From Eledone cirrhosa (Eukaryota), in assembly GCA_964016885.1 (NCBI GenBank), contig OZ024742.1, positions 243,846,001 to 243,910,000 of the forward strand: a DNA stretch of 64,000 nucleotides, read 5' to 3'. The position numbers were made by a program, and so were the translations under genes. The notes below the pieces were generated by a model. The model ran no database searches, was not told the DNA's origin, and was given only the letters and a program-made list of their open reading frames with translations. Positions 1-10,836 of this stretch are shown one piece after another. Position 1 is the first letter of the stretch; each line of letters begins with the position of its first letter.

Positions 1-35
1 CCCTTCCCCAAAATTTCTGGCCTTGTGCCTAAAAT
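1..35 (+). mobile_element. 3' end of a family-A-type SINE, running into an (ATC)/(ATT)n tail
   Basis: CTGGCCTTGTGCC matches the 3' end of the SINE copies at 18194-18206, 21264-21276 and 41952-41964. Confidence 0.6.
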
Positions 36-55
36 CATCATCATCGTCATTCATC

Positions 56-3000
56 ATTATTATTATTATTATTATTATTGTTCTTTGAGTCTCAGTCATT
101 GATGTTATTTAACTGGAAAGTTTGTTGAAATGAATATCAAGCCACTACCTGCAGCCTCAGATATTCAGGACGTATTGGATGGTTCTTGCTGTTCCCAGCA
201 AGCATGCCTTTTGAAGTGTTCCAAAAAGCGGGGCGGGACCAATTTTCTTTAACCATCCTTGGAAACTCTTTGCGCCTATGACTATCGGGACCACTTTGAC
301 CTCATGGCAGTTCCAAATCCTTTTTACTTCCCACTTTAAGTGCTGGTATCGGTTAATTTTCTCCCTCTCCTTCTCTTGCACTCTCGTGTTGAATGGGCAG
401 GCTACATCCACAATCAGGCACGATCTCTTTTCCTTGTCCCAAACCACCAGGTCAGGTCTATTGTGTTCCAGTTTCTTGTCCGTCTGTATCCTAAAAACCC
501 ACAGCACCTTCACCTGATTGTTTTCTATCACCGACTCTGGCTTATGCTCATACCACTTCTCAGAATATGGTATATTGTTTACTTTGCATAGGTGCCAGTG
601 GATCACCCTGCCTATCACATCATGTCTCCACCCTTTATAGTGTGTCTGGGTTAGGTGTTTACACTCGAATACAATGTGAGCCACAGTCTCCTCTCTCTCT
701 CCACAGATCCTTCACAGTGGGCTAGCCTCCTCCTTGTAAATATGGTGTTTCAGCCACTTCGTTTTGAGGGCCTGCTTTTGCGCAGTCATTAGCATTCCTT
801 CTGTAGCCTTTTTAAGGTCTCCTCTTTTCAACCAGTTCCATGTCTGTGGATCTCTAAATTCAGTTTTCTCAAAGAAGGTACTATGAAGTGATTTTTCATG
901 AAGGTTGCTCTTTCTCCTTGTTGTTATTTCCTCCTTGGACATCCCCTGGCTTATTGTCCTCTCCTTCAGTACAATTCTGAGCATTGGCTCCCTACTATCA
1001 GTCACGTATTTGTGTAGGTTGTTTTTCTCCATCTGAACACAGTCCTCTATGCTGATAAGACCTCTTCCACCTTCAGATCTCCTTAAGTTGAGTCTATCGA
1101 CATCACTCCTCTTGTGGAACATGTAGATAGTCAATAGCTTCCTAGTCTTCCTATCCATTTCTTTTTGTTCAGCACATTCCATCTCAGAATTCCTGCACTG
1201 TACCTAATGATAGACACAGCTCGGGAATTTACTGCACTTATGGCATTCCTACTGTTCAGATGTGATTTTAATACGCTCCTTACTCTCCGAATGTATTCAG
1301 ATCTTATCAATTCCTTCAATTTTTTGTTCTTGATGTCATCTGCCTCCAGAACACCTAAATATTTGTATTCTTCTTCAGTATCAATTTCCTTTATCATCTC
1401 ACCTGTTGGTACCTGGATTCCGTTGCTTCTGCTCAATTTACCCCCCTTCATCACAAGGACTCCACACTTACTAATACCAAATTGCATACATATATCATTG
1501 CTGAAAATACGGACAGTGTCAACAAGCACATCCAACTCCTTATCACTCTTCCCGAAGAGCTTAAGAACGTCCATGAAGAGGAGGTGATTGATGGTAAGCT
1601 CTCCCTTTCCCAACGTGTATCCTGCTCTCACTTTTCGCAGTATAATGGTCAGGAGGATCAGGGCAAGGACAAACAACAAAGGAGACAAACTATCTCCCTG
1701 AAAGATACCTCTCTTGATCTTCACGCCTCCCAAGGATTCTCCGCCCGATGTTAACTCTGTTTTCCAGGACTTCATACTGTTGCTCAACAACTGTCTGATG
1801 TTATCTGCCACCTTGAAGATCTCTAGGCTTTTGGTTCTCCAAGAATGAGGTACCATGTCGAATGCCTTTCTGTAGTCTATCCATCCCATGGCAAGACCAG
1901 TGTATCTCCTCCTGCAATTCCTCATTACCATCTTATCAATAAGTAACTGGTCCTTTGTACCACGGGACTTCTTTCGGTATCCTTTCTGTTTGTCCGGTAA
2001 CAAGTTGTTTATGTGGAGGTGATGGTAGATTTCCTCAGACACAATGCTTGTTAACAGTTTCCACATTACGGACAGACATGTGATAGGTCTATAGTTGGTA
2101 ACATCATTACCCTTGGTTCGGTCTTTCATTACCAGAACTGTGGTACCTTTTGTCAACCACTCTGGTACCTCACCTGGCATCAAGCAGTTATTGAACATGG
2201 TTGTCAGTTTCGGGTGGAGGGATGTTATATTTTTAATCCAATACCCTTGCACACTATCTGGGCCTGGTGATTTCCAGTTGGTTAGTTTTCTGGCCTGCCC
2301 CTTAAGAGTTTCAACTGTGATACTCAAATCAGTTTGTTGGTGTGCCTCTTCACTAATCTCCTTTTGTACTGTCTCAATCGACACTGCCTGATCATTATGT
2401 TTAACATCCTGCTCCCATATTCCTCTCCAGAATGTCTTAGTTTGTTCCGCCTCAGGGATCAAGTCGTTGCCTCTTTCTTTCCCTTCAAGCTGTCCAAACA
2501 ACATTTTCTGGTTGTTGTCAAACATGCGGTTCTGTCTATACTGACTGACTCTGCTCGCGTATCGCCTAATCTTTGTGCTCTTTACTACAATGCGTTGCTT
2601 CAGTTCCTCTATGATAATATTTAGCTTTTTCCTCCTAGTTTTGTACTTTATTTCCAGTCTATTTTTAGTGTCTGTGTTTTGTAGTGTCCCATTCAGTAGT
2701 GTCCCATTCAGCAAGCTTTCCAATGTCATTTCTCATTTCCCTGATTTGACCATTCAGTCGTTTCTTCCACCAAGGTTCTGATCTTTCTTGTCTGTTGTTT
2801 CCTCTCGCTTTTATGCCAAGTAATTTTCTCACCACATTTGCTTTGAGGATATTGTTGCATTGGTGAAGGTTCCTCGCCTCAAGGTATGGGATGACTTTGT
2901 TTACCTTAGGTGTTGTTTCTTTTAACTTTTTCCTGTCTACAAATCTTAGGTTCATAGGTGTCCCACTATCATTGTTCATTTCATCTACCACTAAGTTTAG

Positions 3001-3749
3001 GATATCAACCAAATCTTGTCCTAGCCCGTCAGTATTTATTTCCTCAATGGCCGTATCTTTGTTCCAGGTATTATTTATTTAAGCATTCAGATCATTGTCT
3101 GCTTCGGATGCTTCCTCCGTTCTCTCAACCTCTTCACCTTCATTTCCCACTGGCTCGTTTGCCTGGCATACTCCACTCTCCATTTCCAACCTAATCTCTC
3201 TGTTCAGTTCCTCCAGTTCCAGCTCGCTTATCCACCCATTAGTTCTTATTACCCGAGCCTGCCTGGCCAATTTTTGTTCATCTAATTTAAATAGACCAAT
3301 CTCGTTCCAGATGTTATGCATCCGTTTCCTATAGCCTTTTTCCTTGGGGTTACTCTTCAGGTAACATTGCATAACAGTTCTATTCAATTCTTTCGTCCAG
3401 TTGGTTCTGGTCCCTTTCCTTCTTCCGCCAACACCAGCAGTATTTGGGTGACAGCCAGGTCCCTGCTGCTGGGCCAGGGAGCACCTGCTGGGTGAGAGTC
3501 TGCCACATGACATTCCAGTCTCCACTTCACCGTTATTCGAACTGTTTAGGTTCGACATTTAAACACTCATATCGAGGATTGGTGAATGTATGGTTACATA
3601 ACCCCCGGTGATTTGATCACCCCCGGTGATTTTAGCGTGGCACTATCACACTGTAGACGAACATAAATAAATAAACAAATAAATAGTTAAAAAAATAAAA
3701 ATAAACATAAGTTTCATTGTAATGTAATGTTTGAATTTCTGACTTAGTT
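56..3749 (-). pseudogene. R4/Dong-like element, copy 1 (whole ORF present but frameshifted; RT motif FMDD changed to FMDV)
   Basis: ORF pieces 3079..3558, 2665..3012, 1131..2729, 712..1182 and 157..684 are collinear with the copy-3 protein. A short tandem duplication of GTGTCCCATTCAG at ~2685-2712 causes one frameshift. The (AAT)n tail is at ~56-79. Confidence 0.93.
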
Positions 3750-4883
3750 TTTTTTATTATTATTAATATTATTATTATTCTTTGAGTCTCAGTCATTGAT
3801 GTTAGTTAACTGGAAAGTTTGTTGAAATGAATATCAAGCCACTACCTGCAGCCTCAGATATTCAGGATGTATCGGAGGGTTCTTGCTGTTCCCAGCAAGC
3901 ATGCCTTTTGAAGTGTTCCAAAAAGCGTGAAGGGGCCAATTTTCTTTAACCATACCTGGAAACTTTTTGAGATAGTCCCTAGTGCGCCTATGACAATCGG
4001 GATCACTTTGACTTCATGGCAGTTCCAAATCCTTTTTACCTCCCACTTTAAGTCCTGGTATCGGTTAATTTTCTCCCTCTCCTTCTCTTGCACTCTCGTG
4101 TCGAATGGGCAGGCCACATCCACAATCAGGCACGATCTTTTTTCTTTGTCCACAACCACCAGGTCAGGTCTATTGTGTTCCAGTTTCTTGTCCGTCTGTA
4201 TCCTAAAATCCCACAGCACCTTCACCTGATCGTTTTCTATCACCGACTCTGGCTTATGCTCATACCACTTCTCAGAATGTGGTAAATTGTTTACTTTGCA
4301 TAGGTGCCAGTGGATCACCCTGCCTATCACATCATGTCTCCAGCCCTTATAGTCAGTCTGGGCTAGGTGTTTACACTCGGATACAATGTGAGCCATAGTC
4401 TCCTCTCTCTCTCCACAGATCCTGCACAGTGGGCTAGCCTCCTCCTTGTAAATATGGTGTTTCAACCACTTTGTTTTGAGGGCCTGCTCCTGCGCAGCCA
4501 TTAACATTCCTTCTGTAGCCTTTTTAAGGTCTCCTCTTTTCAACCAGTTCCATGTCTGTGGATCTCTAAATTCAGTTTTCTCAAAGAAGGTACTATGAAG
4601 GGATTTTTCCTGAAGGCTGCTCTTTCTCCTTGATGTTATTTCTTCCTTGGACATCTCCTGGTCTATTGTCCCCTTACTATCAGTCACGTATTTGTGTAGG
4701 TTGTTTTTCTCCATCTGAACACAGTCCTCTATGCTGATAAGACCTCTTCCACCTTCAGATTTCCTTAAGTAGAGTCTATCGACATCACTCCTCTTGTGGA
4801 ACATGTTGTAGATAGGCAATAGCTTCCTAGTCTTCCTATCCATTTCTTTTTGTTCAGCATCATTCCATCTCAGAATTCCCGCA
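3750..4883 (-). mobile_element. R4/Dong-like element, copy 2 (5'-truncated; late RT/CCHC/RLE region and 3' UTR)
   Basis: ORF 3854..4843 is near-identical to the C-terminal third of copy 3, with an in-frame loss of EPMLRAVLKE. Its (AAT)n tail at ~3755-3779 abuts the 5' UTR of copy 1. Confidence 0.92.
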
Positions 4884-4994
4884 TATTATTATTATTATTA
4901 TTATTATTGTTATTGTTATTCCTTGAATCTCAGTCATTGATGTTGGTTAACTGGAAAGTCCGTTGGATTGAATATCAAGCCACTACCTGCAGCC

Positions 4995-7900
4995 TCAGAT
5001 ATTCAGGACGTATCGGAGGGTTCTTGCCGTTCCAAGCAAGCATGCCTTTTGAAGCGTTCCAAAAAGCGTGAAGGGGCCGATTTTCTTTAACCATCCCTGG
5101 AAACCTTTGGAGATAGTCCCCAGTGCGCCTATGACAATCGGGATCACTTTGACTTCATGGCAGTTCCAAATCCTTTTCACCTCCCACTTTAGGTCCTGGT
5201 ATCGGTTAATTTTCTCCCTCTCCTTCTCTTGCACTCTCGTGTCGAACGGGCAGGCCACATCCACAATCAGGCACGATCTTTTTTCTTTGTCCACAACCAC
5301 CAGGTCAGGTCTATTGTGTTCCAGTTTTTTGTCCGTCTGTATCCTAAAATCCCACAGCACCTTCACCTGACTGTTCTCCATCACCGCCTCTGGCCTATGC
5401 TCATACCATTTCTCAGAATGTGGTAGATTGTTTACTTTGCACAGGTGCCAGTGGATCACCCTGCCCATCACATCGTGTCTCCAGCCCTTATAGTGGGTCT
5501 GGGCTAGGTGTTTACACTCGGACACAATGTGAGCCACAGTCTCCTCTCTCTCTCCACAGATCCTGCACAGTGGGCTAGCCTCCTCCTTGTAGATATGGTG
5601 CTTCAACCACTTCGTTTTGAGGGCCTGCTCCTGCGCAGCCATTAGCATTCCTTCTGTAGCCTTTTTGAGGTCTCCTCTTCTCAACCAGTTCCATGTCTGT
5701 GGATCTCTAAATTCAGTTTTCTCAAAGAAGGTACTATGAAGGGATTTTCCCTTAAGGCTGCTCTTCCTCCTTGATGTTATTTCCTCCTTGGGTATCCCCT
5801 GGCCTACTGTCCCCTCCTTCAGTACAGCTCTGAGCATTGGCTCCTTACTATAGGTCACGTATTTGTATAGGTTGTTTTTCTCCATCTGAACACAGTCCTC
5901 TATGCTGATAAGACCTCTTCCACCCTCAGATCTCCTTAGGTAGAGTCTATCGACATCACTCCTCTTGTGGAACATGTTGTAGATAGTCAATAGCTTCCTA
6001 GTCTTCCTATCCATTTCTTTTTGTTCAGCAACATTCCATCTCAGAATTCCCGCACTGTACCTAATAATAGACACAGCTCGGGAATTTACTGCGCTTATGG
6101 CATTTCTGCTGTTCAGATGTGACTTCAATACGCTCCTTACTCTCCGAATGTATTCAGTTCTTAACAATTCCTTCATTTTTTTGTTCTTTATGCCATCAGC
6201 CTCCAGAACGCCCAAATACTTGTATCCTTCCTCAGAGTCAATTTCCTTTATCATCTCACCTGTTGGTATCTGGATCCCGTTACTTCTGCTCAACCTACCC
6301 CTCCTCATCACAATGACTCCACATTTACCAATACCAAACTGCATACATATATCACTGCTGAAAATACGGACAGTGTCAACAAGCACATCCAACTCCTTCT
6401 CACTTTTCCCGAAGAGCTTAAGATCGTCCATGAAGAGGAGGTGATTGATGGTAAGCTCTCCCCTTCCCAACTTGTATCCTGCTCTCACTTTTCGCAGCAT
6501 AATGGTCAAGGGCATCAGGGCAAGGACAAACAACAGAGGGGACAGGCTATCTCCCTGGAAGATACCTCTCTTGATCTTCACGCTTCCCAAGGATACTCCA
6601 GTTGATGTCAACTCTGTCTCCCAGGACCCCATACTCCTGCCCAGCAACTGTCTGATGTTATCTGCCACCCTGAAGATCTCCAGGCTTTTGGTGATCCAGG
6701 AATGAGGCACCATGTCAAATGCCTTTCTGTAGTCTATCCATCCCATGGCAAGATCAGTGTGTCTCCTCCTGCAGTTCCCCATTACCATCTTATCAATAAG
6801 CAACTGGTCCTTTGTACCACGTGACTTCTTTCGGCATCCTTTCTGTTCGTCCGGCAACAAGTTGTTTGTGTGGAGGTGATGGCAGATTTCCTCAGACACA
6901 ATGCCTGTCAACAGTTTCCACATTACGGGCAGACATGTGATAGGTCTATAGTTGGTAACATCATTACCCTTGATTCGGTCTTTCATTATCAGAACTGTGG
7001 TACCTTTTGTCAACCACTCTGGCACCTCACCCGACACCAAGCAGTCATTGAACATGGCCGTCAGCTTCGGGTGGAGGGATGTTAAATGTTTAATCCAATA
7101 CCCCTGCACACCATCTGGGCCTGGTGATTTCCAGTTGGTTAGTTTTTTGGCTTGCCCCTTAAGAGTTTCAACTGTGATACTCAAATCAGTCTGTTGCTGT
7201 GCCTGCTCACCGATCTCCCTCTGTACTGTCTCAATCCACCCTGCCTGGGTATTGTGTCTAACATCCTGCTCCCATATTCCTCTCCAGAATGTTTTAGCTT
7301 GTTCCGCCCCAGGGATCAAGTCGGTGCCTCTTTCTTTCCCCTCAAGCTGTCCAAACAGCATCTTCTGGTTGTTGTCGAACATGCGGTTCTGTTTATACTG
7401 ACTGACTCTGTTCTCGTATCGCCTGATTTTGGCACTCTTTGCTACAATGCGTTGCTTCAATTCCTCTATGATAATATTTAGCTTTTTACTCCTAGTTTTG
7501 TATTTTATTTCCAGTCTATTTTTAGTGCCTATGTTTTTTAGTGTCCCATTCAGTAGTGACTCAAGCTTTCCTATGTCATTTCTCATTTCCCCGATTTGCC
7601 CACTCAGTCGCTTCTTCCACCACGGCTCTGCTCTTTCTTGTCTGTTGTTTCCTCTCGCTTTTATACCAAGTAGTTTCCTCACCGTATTTGCTGTTGCTTT
7701 GAGGATATTGTTGCACTGGTGAAGACTCCTCGCCTCAAGGTATGGGATGACTTTGTTTACCTTAGCTGTTGTTTCTTTTAACTTTTTCCTGTCTACAAAT
7801 CTTAGGTTCATAGGTCTCCCACTATCATTGTTCAACTCATCTACCACTAAATTTAGGATGTCAACCGAATCTTGTCCTAGCCCGTCAGCATTCATCTCCT

Positions 7901-8387
7901 CAGTGGCCGTATCTCTGTTCCAGGTATTATTTATCTCAGTATTCAGATCATTGTCTGCTTCGGGTGGTTCCTCCGCTCTCAGGACCTCCTCACCTTCATT
8001 TCCCGCCGGCTCGCTTGTCTGGCATACTACACCCGCCATCTCCAAGCCATTCTCTCTGCTCAGTTCCTCCAGTTCCAGCTCGCTTATCCACCCATTAGTT
8101 CTTATTACCCGAGCCTGCCCGGCCAATTTTTGTTCATCTAATTTAAATAAACCAATCTCGTTCCAGATGTTATGCATCCGTCTCCTGTAGCCCCTCTCCT
8201 TGGGGTTACTTTTCAGGTAGCATTGCATAACAGTTCTATTCAATTCTTTCGTCCAGTTGGTTCTGGCCCCTTTCCTTCTTCTTCTTCCTCCAACATCAGC
8301 AGTATTTGGTTGACAGTCAGGTTCCTGCTGCTGAGCCAGGGGGCACCTGTTGGGTGAGAGTCTGTCACATGACGTTCTAGTCTCCAT
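4995..8387 (-). CDS. Intact ORF (1130 aa) of an R4/Dong-clade non-LTR retrotransposon: reverse transcriptase, CCHC zinc knuckle and restriction-like endonuclease
   Basis: RT motifs NWKSPGPDG, NYRPITCL, IDYRKAFD, RGIFQGDSLSPLLF, LLFMDDLKL, YKYLG. CRICGEREETVAHIVSEC (CCHC), RHD, then RPDLVVVD...IVDV and KINRYQDL (RLE). No stops or frameshifts. Confidence 0.95.
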   Translation of the reverse strand: METRTSCDRLSPNRCPLAQQQEPDCQPNTADVGGRRRRKGARTNWTKELNRTVMQCYLKSNPKERGYRRRMHNIWNEIGLFKLDEQKLAGQARVIRTNGWISELELEELSRENGLEMAGVVCQTSEPAGNEGEEVLRAEEPPEADNDLNTEINNTWNRDTATEEMNADGLGQDSVDILNLVVDELNNDSGRPMNLRFVDRKKLKETTAKVNKVIPYLEARSLHQCNNILKATANTVRKLLGIKARGNNRQERAEPWWKKRLSGQIGEMRNDIGKLESLLNGTLKNIGTKNRLEIKYKTRSKKLNIIIEELKQRIVAKSAKIRRYENRVSQYKQNRMFDNNQKMLFGQLEGKERGTDLIPGAEQAKTFWRGIWEQDVRHNTQAGWIETVQREIGEQAQQQTDLSITVETLKGQAKKLTNWKSPGPDGVQGYWIKHLTSLHPKLTAMFNDCLVSGEVPEWLTKGTTVLIMKDRIKGNDVTNYRPITCLPVMWKLLTGIVSEEICHHLHTNNLLPDEQKGCRKKSRGTKDQLLIDKMVMGNCRRRHTDLAMGWIDYRKAFDMVPHSWITKSLEIFRVADNIRQLLGRSMGSWETELTSTGVSLGSVKIKRGIFQGDSLSPLLFVLALMPLTIMLRKVRAGYKLGRGELTINHLLFMDDLKLFGKSEKELDVLVDTVRIFSSDICMQFGIGKCGVIVMRRGRLSRSNGIQIPTGEMIKEIDSEEGYKYLGVLEADGIKNKKMKELLRTEYIRRVRSVLKSHLNSRNAISAVNSRAVSIIRYSAGILRWNVAEQKEMDRKTRKLLTIYNMFHKRSDVDRLYLRRSEGGRGLISIEDCVQMEKNNLYKYVTYSKEPMLRAVLKEGTVGQGIPKEEITSRRKSSLKGKSLHSTFFEKTEFRDPQTWNWLRRGDLKKATEGMLMAAQEQALKTKWLKHHIYKEEASPLCRICGEREETVAHIVSECKHLAQTHYKGWRHDVMGRVIHWHLCKVNNLPHSEKWYEHRPEAVMENSQVKVLWDFRIQTDKKLEHNRPDLVVVDKEKRSCLIVDVACPFDTRVQEKEREKINRYQDLKWEVKRIWNCHEVKVIPIVIGALGTISKGFQGWLKKIGPFTLFGTLQKACLLGTARTLRYVLNI

Positions 8388-8956
8388 TTCACCGTTATTC
8401 GAACTGTTTATGTTCGATATTTAAACACTCTTATCGAGGATTGGCGAATGTATGTTTACATAGCCATCTGTGGATCCGCCATCCCACTTGGCCCTTGTGT
8501 GGCATTATCACCACGCTGTATACGGACACACATAAACAAACAAACACACGGGCAGAAAGGGTCCCAAAAATGAATAAGCATAAGTTTCATTGTAATGTAG
8601 TATTCGAATGTCTGACTTAGTTTTTGTTTTTTAAGTTTTACTTTTTCCCCCCTCTTCTCTGTCCGTCCGCCTGCTTCTCTCTTCATTCTTATTTTCTTTA
8701 CGTTTTTGGGGTTTCTTTTTTTGTTTTTGTTTTTCTCTGTTTTTCTCGTTTTTTACTGTTGTTGCTGTGCTGCTTTTGTTGTTTGTTTTTTCTTTTTTCT
8801 TTTGAGTCTATCTATATATTTTGATGCCTTCCTCTTTGTTAGTAGTAGGAATTCTATAATGTGGAAGTGGTAGCCAGCAGAGACTGGCGGCGTTGGCGAT
8901 ACTGAGACAGTGGTGGTGGTGATGTCGATACCGAGGCAGTGGTGGCGGTGATGCGA

Positions 8957-9218
8957 CCGTATTACTGTAGTGATGGTGCTGTAGCGGTGGCAGCAGCAGT
9001 GAAGGAGTCAGGGGGTGGTGGCGGCGGTGATGGGATAGTGGAGGTAATGATGGCTGTAGTGAGCGGTGGCGGTGAAGGTGAAAATGCTGTTGTGTTTAGT
9101 GTACACAGATGATGGGGTGGGTGGTGTATCTAGTTTCTGGTGTTGGTGAGTTTCGCTGTCCTATATAGTGTAGCCAGAGGAGAGGAGGGGGGGGGGGGTT
9201 CTTCTTCTTCCATTTATA

Positions 9219-9279
<61 letters not shown>

Positions 9280-9637
9280 GATATACAGTGTACAATACAA
9301 AGTTGAATATTTGAATATTTGAGCCGTATTACTGTAGTGATGGTGCTGTAGCGGTGGCAGCAGCAGTGAAGGAGTCAAGGGGTGGTGGCGGCGGTGATGG
9401 GATAGTGGTGGCAATGATGGCGTAGTGAGCGGTGGCGGTGAAGGTGAAAATGCTGTTGTGTTTAGTGTACACAGATGATGGGGTGGGTGGTGTATCTAGT
9501 TTCTGGTGTTGGTGAGTTTAGCTGTCCTATATAGTGTAGCCAGAGGAGAGGAGGGGGGGGTTCTTCTTCTTCCATTTATAGCTATTTTTTTTGGATATAC
9601 AGTGTACAATACAAAGTTGAATATTTGAATATTTGAG
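8957..9637. repeat. Two-unit tandem duplication (367 + 314 bp) in the putative 5' UTR of copy 3
   Basis: Units start CCGTATTACTGTAGTGATGG at 8957 and 9324 and both end GAATATTTGAATATTTGAG. They differ mainly in the T-run (T56 at 9223-9278 versus about T9) and the G-run. Confidence 0.95.
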
Positions 9638-9805
9638 CCTTATAACAATATATTTTGGGTCCGAATTTTTTTGGGGCTCAAGCCGGGTGCTTTACGTAGC
9701 ATTTGTACTAAGAGTTGTTATTTCACAAATGATTTAAATATGTTAAAAATTCAAAACTTACGGGAGCGATTTCATGACCTCCGTCACCTCGTGCGTCTTC
9801 TGCCC

Positions 9806-9874
<69 letters not shown>
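9806..9874. repeat. (TAT)n microsatellite; probable target site of the Dong-like array
   Basis: Perfect trinucleotide tract directly adjoining the 5' end of copy 3. Confidence 0.97.
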
Positions 9875-9877
<3 letters not shown>

Positions 9878-10600
9878 GGGTATATTAGTGAAAGAGTTTA
9901 AAGGATCTGTTAAATCATTTATGTCTAATAGTATTTAATGAAAAATATAAATAAATAATTCAGTTTACTGATCTTGTAGTTTTCTTGTTAGGATGTCTTT
10001 AACTTGCCTGTAATCTGATCTTAGAATCATAATTCTAGTTTTTAACATAGTACCCATTAGCCACATACTTGGAATGCTATTTGTCTAAAGAAACACTGTT
10101 GCTTCTGTCAGAATAGAATTTGCCTTGTTTCAATTGCTGCTTAAATATGTAAGTTGGTTTTCTACACTAGAATCAGGAACACTTGATTCTATGTTTATAT
10201 ATTTCATTAGCAATACTCTCACACAAATTTAGAATTTATATTTACTCACATACTCATGCATGTATGCATGAGTGAGTTTGTGTGTGTGTGCCTGTATGTA
10301 ATGTATGTATGTGTGTGTACATGTATGTGTGTATACATATATATGTTTTTATATATTATGCATGTAATGTAATATATGTATATGAGAGAGTGCATATTCA
10401 TAAAAACTTTAATGTTATTTTTGTAAAAAATGTTTGTCTAGCTTAGAAGAGGTAGCACCTATGACCTTTGCTGAACTGCTCAGCTTTGTGGTAGGAAGCA
10501 TCATGTAAAGATCATGCTCTGCTTAGATTAGAAAACTGGTCTGAAGGTTTGCCACAAAGATGATTCTGAAAGACATTAAAGAGCTAGGTGATAGTGTTAA

Positions 10601-10836
10601 CCCTTTCATTACCAAACTGCCTGAAAATGACCTGGTTTTATAATACAAAACTCTCATTTTAAAATGTTCATATTTATATTAAAATCTCTTATCATAATTT
10701 TTATTCAAGAAATTTTAAAGTTATGTTTCAAACATCAGCTTACTAATGAAAACGCTATTTTATTAAATTCCTCCAATTTAAAAAAAAAAAAATTATTTAG
10801 ACCGTGTTTTTCATTAGAAATATGTTAACAAAAGGG
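10601..10836. mobile_element. piggyBac-like MITE (~240 bp)
   Basis: TTAA|CCCTTT...AAAGGG|TTAA termini. The internal motif ATTAGAAATATGxTAAx recurs in related copies. Confidence 0.8.

Larger units (their letters stand above)
4884..9805 (-). mobile_element. R4/Dong-like element, copy 3 (probably full length, with a long 5' UTR)
   Basis: Short 3' UTR ends in an (AAT/AAC)n tail at 4884-4920. The 5' UTR matches copy 1 up to ~8625. CpG-containing sequence continues to the (TAT)n tract starting at 9806. The 8630-9805 part is assigned to the element by inference. Confidence 0.8.

Noticed and set aside
278-8357. Many plus-strand ORFs overlapping the Dong-like elements
   Set aside because: Antisense shadows of the RT ORF with no recognisable domains.
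8430-8520. HDV-like ribozyme suggested by TCCTCG on the minus strand
   Set aside because: Could not build P1/P2/P3 pairings consistent in both copies.
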